DNA of 64,000 nt from Lama guanicoe (taxonomy: Eukaryota), in contig MU053472.1 of assembly GCA_013239625.1 (NCBI GenBank), positions 1,505,236 through 1,569,235 of the forward strand. Direction: 5' to 3'. Positions 54,831-64,000 of the stretch are shown piece by piece (within the stretch, counting starts at the first letter, position 1; each line of letters begins with the position of its first letter). Position numbers and translations under genes: made by a program. The notes below the pieces were generated by a model, which saw only the letters and a list, made by a program, of their open reading frames with translations, was not told the origin of the DNA and did no database searches.

Positions 54831-55911
54831 GAGACAGGGCCCTTAAAGGACAGTTATTGGGAGGCTGTGTTTTGGGAAATAAAGGGTGGAATGGAAATGA
54901 GAGGGCTGAGGGGCTGGGGGTGAAGGTATCCACTGAGGAAGGAGCACCTGGGCTAGTTGGGGCAAAGGGTGTTTAGGTTGTAGCAGATGGGACTTCATCA
55001 GTTTGCGAGTTTTCACATATCCCTGCTTAGAAGAGATGGTTTTAGGGGCTTTCAACATTAGTTCCAGCCTGTGGGCTTTCCTGAGCCCTTCCTGAGTTAA
55101 GAGATCTTTAGTATTGCTATCTAAAGTATAGTCCCTTTTGACCGTAGCCAAATGCATTCCATGCTTTTACAACCTCCTCCAGTGATTCAGACTCTTATTG
55201 AGCATTCAAGGATCAGGATTCAGCGAGGTCCCTGGAAAGGATAAGGGGCTTCTAACATCATATATGTTTTTACTTACTTAGACTCTGGTGATTGGATTAC
55301 AATAGCAAGGGGTTTAAATAAGATTTTAAAAATCTTGTTAAATTATGACTGTGCAGTTTTAAAAAAATATAAAGGACATATAGCATTATATTAGTTTCAG
55401 ATTCCAACATAATGATTTGATATTTGTATATTTTGTGAAATGATCACCACAATAAGACTAGTTAACATCCATCACCATATGTAGTTAAAATGTTCAGTCT
55501 TATTCGTAGATTCCCTACAGCCTCAGTTGGAGAGTATTACTTCAGTGTTCGATTTGTCTTTAAAATATTATACCAGGTGTATTTTCATTATCCACAACAT
55601 GAGATTTCAGTAAATTCTTTGATTTTTGGCTCACAGAGATAGCACATTTGTTTTTATAAAGTGATTCTCTGCTAAACTTTCCCTCCCTTTTGAGTTGATG
55701 TTAACAGTAGATCAAAGGGTCCTGCAGGAGTCTTAACCTGTTCTGTGGTTCTGAGGCTTGGTGCAAAAGAAAAAGTCTCAGTAATTTGAAAACTTTTAAA
55801 TCTTTTTTTCCTCTTCCACCTTCTCCTCTTTAAGGTGTAATAGGAATTGCTAAGAAAGTTTCTTAAGTTTAAGGTATTTTTGACAAGGGGTTTCTAATGA
55901 GCAACCATTAG

Positions 55912-56049
<138 letters not shown>

Positions 56050-56279
56050 TAAGCAAATTTTAGATAAGCCTAATAGATGCAGGAAAGATTGCTTAGAATG
56101 GTAACTAACCTTCAGGTTTCCTTTCTGAGCATTGCTTACTTTTGTAAAATCTATTTAATTTTGGCTCTACAGGATGATTAATATTGCCAAGGCCAAATAA
56201 AAGGAATAATTGGAGGATCAGTTGATGTATTTGTCACATTTACAGAGTACATGAAAAGCACTATGCTAAATCCTAGAAT

Positions 56280-56509
56280 ACTGTTTTCTTCAAACTTCAG
56301 GTTTAACAATTGGTGGGTCATTAAATCAATTTAGTGGATCAGGACCATTATTAAGAAATAATGGAAAATAATAGAAAATACAGTTGAAAGTTAGTATTGT
56401 TTTGTGATGCCCTCATAAATATATTCATATATATATGTATGTTTACTAGATTGTGATATAAAATGTATCACTTGCTCTAGGTCCTAGTCAGAAAGTTTCA
56501 AAGTCAGTG
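56280..56509. mobile_element. hAT-type MITE (MER112/113-like)
   Basis: Degenerate CAGTG-type TIRs and the motif GTGGGTCATTAAATCAATTTAGTGGATC. Confidence 0.5.
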
Positions 56510-56528
56510 TTATAAAGAATACATTTCA

Positions 56529-56703
56529 GGCCATCCACCCTCTCTCTCTCTCTCTCCCCCCTTCAGAGATGGCCTGCACTCTATGGAGCGTGTACCTACT
56601 TTTACTCTAATCTGAGCACCCAACCCCCATACCTTGTGGCCTTTCTCTTGCCTTTCAATGCATCTCTCTAAATAAATCTACCTTTACTCAAAAAAAAAAA
56701 AAA
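56529..56703 (+). mobile_element. Processed (L1-mobilised) copy of an ERV LTR R region with a poly(A) tail
   Basis: Matches the reverse complement of about 44570-44735. AATAAA at 56671, A-run from 56690, perfect 15-bp TSD AAAGAATACATTTCA. Confidence 0.88.
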
Positions 56704-56723
56704 AAAGAATACATTTCAAAAAA

Positions 56724-56805
56724 TTTTTTTTTAAAGGGAGGGACTGGGGATTGAACCTGCGCATGCTAAGCGCACCCTCTATCACTGAGCTATACCCTCA
56801 CCCCC
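56724..56805 (-). mobile_element. tRNA-Ala-derived SINE with an internal deletion
   Basis: ACTGGGGATTGAACCTGCGCATGCTAAGCGCACCCTCTATCACTGAGCTATACCC. Confidence 0.85.
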
Positions 56806-58893
56806 TCACTTCTATATATTAAGCATTCTTTGACAAAGCATATCTATACTTTCTAGGAGCTTATAATCTAACGTGTTTTAAGATGTGTGTGTTTGTAAGC
56901 ACTATAATCAATAAAAAAGATGCCAGCCTAACAGCATGAGAATTTAGAGGGAGAATTTTAGTGGGAGTTTTTTAAGATTTTAGGTCAAAAAGATTTCATG
57001 AAGAAGCTAACATTTGTAGTGTGCTTTAAAGGCTGAAACGAAATTGGGCAGTTAAAATCAGGAGCACATTTTTGGCAAAGGGAATAGAGTGAGTGGATGT
57101 GGGAAAGACAAGCAGTTTTCATAAATGAAATCTAGGAGAGTTGACCTATTTAAAGGAGGTTGGGGTGGACAATTCAGACCCTTGAAGACCTGGCTAAGGA
57201 GATGAAACTTGTTTTCTACCTTTTCAAATGTTTATGATAGAATTGTAGCATTTTGGATGCTTTCCCTTGGGCAGTTTAGCATGTTACATAAAGACTGCCT
57301 TCTCAGACTAACAAAAGTATATGTATAATGTGATATTTTGCCATTGTGCTGCATTTCCCAGGGCTATATTTCTTTGCTAACTGTGATCCATGGCAACAGG
57401 AAAAGCATGTTATTAGCTATGAGTTAGGCCCTACTTCAGTCTTCATTTTACACATGAGGGAACCAAAGCAGAGAGAAATAAGTTGTCCTTGGTAATAGTC
57501 AAGAAGGGAAATGTGGACCAGACCCAGGCAATTTGTCTCCAAGTCTGTGTCCTTGTGTAGTAGTCAGAGCTGCCTCACCATGTGGTATTTGACATATATT
57601 GCTTTTTGTTATGCAGTACATAATGTTAGTGGGGTTTTTTTAAGATATCCCCCCCATTTTAGTGTTTTTTAAGTTCTTCACTTAATTATTATTATTATTA
57701 TTAATTATTCAATATTCTTTCAAGAAATAATGCTGATAATGCTTGAGCCATCCACTCTGCCTAAGTACTGGCTTATAGATTCTGGAGATATAAGGGAAAT
57801 ATGAAAGATGGATTCCTTTCTGTAAGTTTACATTCTAGTGGGGGACATTGTGAATAAGTAATTTCAGGCTCTAATCAGTGCCCAGTGTGCTATGAGAGTG
57901 ACACTGGGGACTATGACTTAAGGCCATCAGGGCAGGGCTCTCTGAGGAGGTAAGACAAGCTAGAGATCTGGAAGGGAGGGAACAGTTTGGGAAGGAATCC
58001 AGACAGAGAGAAAGCTGGTGTAAAGGTCTTGATTCAAAGAGGAGCTTGGTGTATTCTAGGAATTGAAGTTGCGTATGACCGAAGCATAGTTAGTTAGGAG
58101 AGTGGCAGAAAAATGAAGTTGGAGAGGTAGACCTAATCAAAAAATTTTTAAAGCTTAATCATTTTTTTAGATACCTAAGGGATATTGCTTTTAAAAAAAT
58201 TTTTTTTTAATATATAGGGTTTAGGACAATTCACCTTATTTTCTTCAAATGTAATTTTTCACATCTCCCTGAGATGAGCTTGATTTGGTATTTTTTCCTC
58301 CACTTGCTGACGTCCGTGTATCTCCCATTTAAAATATCTTCATTTCCTTAATAGTTCTTCACTTTTATGCATTCTAATATTTTCCCTTGTCTTCTGTGTG
58401 CCAAAGTTCTGTGAGGATTTCTTAACTCCTTCTAATGTCTGTGTCTGCAGCAAAATACAGGTTCTTTTTGCTATATACAGGTAAGGGACTAGGTTCATTA
58501 CCAGTTTAAGGAGAAGGTTACTAAATACTGAGTCATCAGCAACAGTTTTTCTTGCTCTAACTAGGGCATTCTTCTGCTCTGACTCAAGAGGAAGGTCCTG
58601 CTTTAGCCAAGTCTTCTGTCATCATTCTTTCAAATACGATTTCATATTAAAATAAGAGCGTGTGACTTTTAAGAAGAGAGGGTGTTTTACAAAATTTAAA
58701 TCTCATTTGCATTTAATAACATATGAAGAAATTAAGAAAGCAGGTTAGCAGAATTATTAGGTGATGAGAGATTTTTTCTTTCTTTTTTTTTTGTAAATAT
58801 TCTGAATAACTTTATTAGGGCTTGTAGAAAGAGCTTTTCCATGTTTCATAGGAAGCTGTCGTAATCAGTTTTATCCCTTTCACCCTTTTTCAG

Positions 58894-58948
58894 GGAGCAG
58901 TCTTACATGGAAAGCGTTGTGACTTTTCTGCAGGATGTTGTGCCTCAG
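58894..58948 (+). CDS. BCAS3: BCAS3 exon 3
   Basis: tttcag|GGAGCAG ... CCTCAG|gtaagt, 55 nt. Encodes (T)EQSYMESVVTFLQDVVPQ; phase 2 matches exon 2. Confidence 0.96.
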
Positions 58949-59494
58949 GTAAGTGTCTGTGTGGTTTCAGAAATAGTAGGTTTTACTCTTGGTCAGGAAA
59001 GCTCTGAAGGGCTGTTTCCTAAACTTGACATGAGTACCATCCACTTCGGAAAGACTTGATGTTTTTGCATGCCCAGCATGCAAAACGTGCCCAGCAGGAG
59101 AAACTGTACTTGCCGTCATTATGAGATGTGCCTTGGTTTTATGCTGACAGAGGCACAAATATTATTCCTCAGGACTTGCTTTACTGAGAGGAATCAAGGT
59201 GAGGTGTTACTGAGAGATGGGACATGGGACTCTCTTTTTGGGTTCTGTTTCCAAAATTTTTCTCTTGTCCTGGTTAAATGTTACCTGTCAGACGTGAAAA
59301 AAGCAACATAATTAGATATTGTATTAACTAAATACCATCCCAAGTACAAATCTGCACCATTTCATCTTGAGCAGGAATTTTTATGCCAAGTAGCACTTGC
59401 CTTGTTCACTCGAGGAGAGGAAGCCCTTTACTGTTCTGTCTATATAAATGTAAGAATGAAGAATGAGAGCAGCCCTCTTGGGAGCATCTCTAGT

Positions 59495-59668
59495 GCGCTG
59501 TCGCCCAGACTTAAATTATCAGAGATTATCACTTGGCACACTTGTTAAAAATATTAATTTCCAGGCTTCTCTCCCAAAGCATTTGACTCCGTGGAATGGA
59601 GGTGGCATTGCATCTCTAGTAAAAATCTCAGGTGATTCTTTTGATGCAGTAGTGTTGGGAGGCCCTGT
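59495..59668. mobile_element. MER5-like hAT MITE
   Basis: ATCACTTGG...CTTGTTAAAAATA...CAGGTGATTCTT motifs. Confidence 0.55.
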
Positions 59669-60949
59669 TTAGCGGAACTACTGAAGGGAAAGGTTTCTGT
59701 GTGTTCTCTTGTGGTGATGTCAGCGTTCTGACTGCCATGGCATCTATAAACTGCACTGTTCATAAAGGACATTCATAGGTCCAGTGTCCCAGCTTTATGA
59801 GAAAGTCCTAGAAAAGTCTACAAAGTCTAGATTTCAGTTGTATTAAACAAATTGTATTCGTCAAATAGGACAAAGTATCAAGGCATGCTGTTATTCCTAG
59901 ATTATGTTCAGTCAACTTTAATGAAAACAGAGCACGGTGACAAAGTGTGGGGGGCATGTAAGGAAAAATACATGATTGCTTGCTTTGAGGAGCTGAGTAA
60001 AGAAGGGAAGTCAAGTTGCTTGAAACAGTCAGAGATAATAGCAACATATCAGTAAGTGTTACACATGGGAGTACTGACTAAATATTTAGTTGCTAAGGGA
60101 ATGCATAGCAAGGAAAGAGTGAAAGAGTCACGTTCCAAAGGACATTGGAAGTAGCATTAATTGAAATGAATGGAAAGGCTGGGTATTTGATGTTGGAGGA
60201 CACTGCCTCGCTGGGTATGGCAGACAGCAGAGTTGTAGCACCTTGTACCCTGTACAGCCCAGGCTTGGACGGCAATCTGGGGCTGAGATCCAACTTACTC
60301 TTCTACAAACTGCATCTTCCTCTCAAACCCTGAGCCCTGACATGAGGCTGGTTCCAAGGAAGGGGCATTTCACAATTTTGGTAATTTGTCTGCCTCTAGA
60401 TTGACCCTTTATCAAATTTTTACAAAGGCACTTTTTGTGCTAGTGGAAACCCTGTGTCACATGCAGTTTTTGCTGGCTGGAGGAGAGAGGCTGCAGTCAG
60501 AAGCTTTGAGGGAATAGTGGAGAGATGGCCAGAGAAACAAGAATACTAGATGGAGTAATAGATGGAAAACAGGGGGCTGCTAAAACTGTTAAAATGCTGG
60601 AAGGTAGACGTTTAAGGTCGTTTTTATGAGGATTATACATTAGAAAGGGGATAATCTGTACAACTGACTATGAAGATTTGGATCAGAGTTAAGTGAATGT
60701 GGAAGTGAAGCTGTAGTCACGAATCTAAGAATTAGAATGTTCATTTAAGAAATTTATGTTATGCATGTCATTATTGTCATTACTGTGGAAAGCAAGCCAA
60801 TACTCAGGCAGTAGATGTTTTACTGAGTACCCACTATGAGCCAGGCACTGTGTTAGGCTGGGAGGGTACTCGGACCTCTTTTTTTTTTTTTTTTTTTTAA
60901 TTGAAGTACAGTCAATTCTCAGTTCCTATTCTTAAGGCTTCGTGATCTA

Positions 60950-61140
60950 GGGTAGCAGTCAGCAGACTTTGCTGTAAAGGGCCAGATAAATTTTGCAGTT
61001 CATACAGTCTCTGTCACAGCTACTCAGCATTGCTTTTTTTTTTTTTTTTTTTTTTTTTACGTAAAGGAAAAGGTGGGACTGTGTTAAAATAAAACTTAAT
61101 ATTTAAGAGCACAGGTGGTGGGCCACATTTGGTGACCCAT
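60950..61140. mobile_element. MER58A-like hAT MITE
   Basis: CTGTAAAGGGCCAGATA...GTCTCTGTCACAGCTACTCA...AATAAAACTT...GGTGGGCC motifs. Confidence 0.7.
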
Positions 61141-62460
61141 GTTCTCTTTTTTCCCCACATTTAATCCAGAATCCTCCATTGGCACTTCTAGTCAGCCATT
61201 TGGAAAATGGTATTTTTTTTGCTGATAGTATGTTCCAACTCCTGCCTTATTCTGGAAATCATTGAATTCATGAGGCCTGGAAATTATTCTCTGGGTCTCC
61301 ACAAAGGGAGAAAATGTGCTGTTTTAGACTGGTATCAGCTTCTTGAGCTGCCACAAATAGAGTGAATTCCCACTGTGTTTAACAGATGTCATTGATGGCT
61401 TGTGGAATCCCTAAGCTGTGCCCTTAGATATAACAACTCTGCTTATGAAAATTTATTTAAAAGAAATGTCATCAAAGAAAAAGGTTAAAGCTTAGAATTT
61501 TTCATTTCAGTGAGAAATTTTGACATTTTTCAGTGTAAAAAAACTGTAGCCAGCCCAGATATCAGTAGCAGTCAAGCAAATTATGATACGTAGTCCCTAT
61601 AGAATAATTTGCTGGAATTAAAAATTATACTTTTGACAATAGCACACAATGGAGGTTCTTTTTCTCTATGGTGAAAAAATGAAACAGTGTATCTACAGCG
61701 ATCGTTACTGGTTTTTAAAATTCGACAGTAAGTTTGTGCTTATGTGTATATGTGTTAGAAACAAAATAAGGAATAAGAGGAGAGATAAACAAATCCTGTG
61801 CTCAATAATGGGGTGAAAGCTTTAACTCTGAACACGAGAGCTAGAGCAGTCAGATCTTGGTTGAAGAAGAGGGCTTACAATCAGTGCTGGGGGGAAAAAC
61901 AAACTTTTGCGTGGCAGTACACTAATTTCCATTAAGATAGCCAATGAAAGCGGAGTGGGCACCAGTGAAGTCTGTGCTTCACTGACAGCTACGTATCTAA
62001 ACATGAGCGAAGAGTATTATAAAAAGCTGAGCGGCAAAATGACGTGTCACGTGCTTTTGTGCCAGCCTGCAGGAAGGCACACAAGAAGCAACACTCAGAT
62101 GTTTCCATCAGCTTAACAGAATATTCTCAAACGCTTAGTAAAGAGCACTATGTCTGCTAAGAAGAAAGGAAAACTTGAAGACATAGCAAAAGTATGCAAG
62201 CCGCGTTGTGAAAGTCTCGTTTCCCCCTGAAGGGGGAAGAAAAGAAGTTTAAGAATCCCGGTACACTGAAAGGCCCCTATAACCTCGTCTTTTGCTGCAT
62301 ATCAGCCAGAAATCAAAGGAGAGCATCTTGCAAATGTTGCAGAGGAATTGGGAGAATGTTGACGGACACAGGTGATAAACAGCTTTATAATAAATCTGCT
62401 GGATGGGAGATTCGGAAATGTATTATTGCTTTACCAGATTAAGGGAGAGTCTGATATAGC

Positions 62461-62722
62461 GGTCCTAAATGCAACATGGTGTCCTGGATTGGGGTCCAGG
62501 GGCGGAGAAAGGGCATCAGTGGAAAGACTGGTGAAATCCAAAGTCTGGGGCTTAGCTGATAGAAATGCCCCAGTGTTGGTTTCGCAGTTTTGACAAATGT
62601 ACCATGGTAACATAAGATTTGGTTAGATTAGTTAACATTAGGGGAAACTGGCTGAGGGGTATATGAGAACTCCTTGTCCTGTGTTTAATAATCTAGTTAT
62701 TCCCAAATAAAAAGTTTATTTT
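62461..62722 (+). mobile_element. L1MC/MD-like 3' end inserted in the HMGB1 pseudogene
   Basis: CTAAATGCAACATGG...TTTTGACAAATGTACCATGGT...AGGGGAAACTGG...AATAAAAAGTTT; HMGB1 homology resumes right after it. Confidence 0.7.
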
Positions 62723-63085
62723 TAAAAAGGAGAGTTTTCAAGGATGAAAAGAGCAGGACCAAAGAAGAATGTGAGGATGAGGTAGTAGGAGGTAAAGTTG
62801 ATGAATTAGGTTCTAGTGTAGGTTTTCCTTTTCTCCAAAGGAATTAACTGCCCTATACACACCTCGAGTTTTTTTTTTTTAAAGATGATTGAAATCATAA
62901 GGATGTATAAGATAACTTTTCTTTTTGTATAATAAACCTACTATTAAAGTAACCCCGTCTTTTAGTAATATTTTCAATTGCCATTAACCTTGTGTTGCAC
63001 AAGAAAAGGGCTGTAAACTGACATGGAAATATAAAGCAGGTCACATAGAACACATGTTATTTATGGAATGGTGGTTTTTGTATGC

Positions 63086-63225
63086 TTTTTTTTTTCAACC
63101 TTTTTTTTTTTTAATGGGGATAGGATTAGGTTTATTTATTTATTTTAAGCGGAGGTACTGGGGATTGAACCCAGGACCTCATGCTTGCTAAACGTGCCCT
63201 CTGCCACTGAGCTACACCCTCCCCC
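63086..63225 (-). mobile_element. tRNA-Ala-derived SINE inserted in the pseudogene 3' UTR
   Basis: Family head and tail motif. Confidence 0.9.
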
Positions 63226-64000
63226 TACAACAAACAGTTTTTTAAGACAAGTATGTTACTTGCAGTAGTTTTAGCCAGCCATCCTGAGCCACTCAAACAC
63301 ATAGGTTCCTTCAGCAAATCCTTCATCAGCTTTTGCTACAGCTTATAGTAAAGAATTGTCCTGTGAACTGACTATCACCGTATAACTGAAAGTGTTGCAG
63401 CTCTTTTGTTGACATTCTGAGTACTTGTAAGTATATACAATCTAGAAATTCTAGAAAATTTTAAATAAAAACATTTGCTTTGTAGCGAGATGGCTCCCTT
63501 TGAATACTGATAGGTACCGTTGATATGTTTCCTATGACTTCGTGGCAGTTTATGCTTATCTTAGTGACCCTTGCAGGCTTGCAAGGTTGTGTCTAGAGGC
63601 TGGATAAGAGACTGAAAAAGTAATACTTTTTTTTCCCCACCTCTCAACTCTGGCTTGTGTCTTCCACCTGAAACTGGTGGTTAGCAGAATAATACTCTTG
63701 AAAATTCTAGCTAGAGTGTAATTGCCTGATCAGAAATACCTGGGAGCTAAATATGTGTGGTAGTTTGGTTTACTTCTTAAGCTTCGTTTGTTGACCAGTA
63801 TAGGAGGTAATTTAGTCTTTTGAGTGTCTTTGAATTACTGTGATGCTGTAAACTGTGATCATTGTGTTTGGATTAGGTGAAAACCCCTTTTTGACCAAGA
63901 TTATCAAGACTCCTGGATTACTTTCTTTGGGAGTGAAAATATTACAAAATGTGCTAGTTCTCAAGATGTAGGATTGGTGAGGTTGGAGGGGGATAGGGTT

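Larger units (their letters stand above)
61911..63442 (+). pseudogene. HMGB1: Ancient processed HMGB1 pseudogene (5' UTR, intronless CDS, 3' UTR), interrupted by L1 and SINE insertions
   Basis: CTAAACATG at 61997-62005. AAGCTGAGCGGCAAAATG, ATGTCTGCTAAGAAGAAAGGAAAACTTGAAGAC and AAATCAAAGGAGAGCATC track the HMGB1 boxes A/B. 3' UTR motifs CATGGAAATATAAAGCAGGT and GTTGCAGCTCTTTTGTTGACATTCTGA are present. Multiple frameshifts. Confidence 0.88.

Noticed and set aside
53896..55157. Several overlapping 67-168 aa ORFs on both strands
   Set aside because: They are an expected by-product of GC-rich CpG-island sequence, with low-complexity Pro/Gly/Ala content and no recognisable domain.
61907..62116. 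Coding potential of the HMGB1 retrocopy
   Set aside because: The frame diverges shortly after KLSGKM and stops early. Multiple indels and an L1 insertion disrupt the CDS.

Overview
Mammalian genomic DNA, most likely a camelid. This is inferred from ten copies of a tRNA-Ala(AGC)-headed SINE resembling the camelid Vic-1 family. The window holds coding exons 2-6 and the 3' UTR of PPM1D (Wip1 phosphatase, + strand; exon 1 lies upstream of the window). A roughly 11 kb intergenic stretch rich in LTRs follows, then the CpG-island promoter and exons 1-3 of BCAS3 (+ strand). An old processed HMGB1 pseudogene lies in BCAS3 intron 3. The rest is mostly L1, L2, MIR, MaLR/ERV LTR and hAT/Tigger relics. 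Main observations: (1) an LTR R-region-only polyadenylated RNA retroposed with a 15-bp TSD; (2) the human/mouse BCAS3 first ATG is GTG here, so an out-of-frame AUG comes first; (3) an apparent orthologue of the PPM1D430 alternative exon; (4) overlapping miR-29 and miR-15/16 sites in the PPM1D 3' UTR; (5) several non-canonical L1 insertion structures. Repeat family names and comparisons with human or mouse are from memory of reference sequences, not from database searches, and repeat boundaries are approximate unless TSDs are given.
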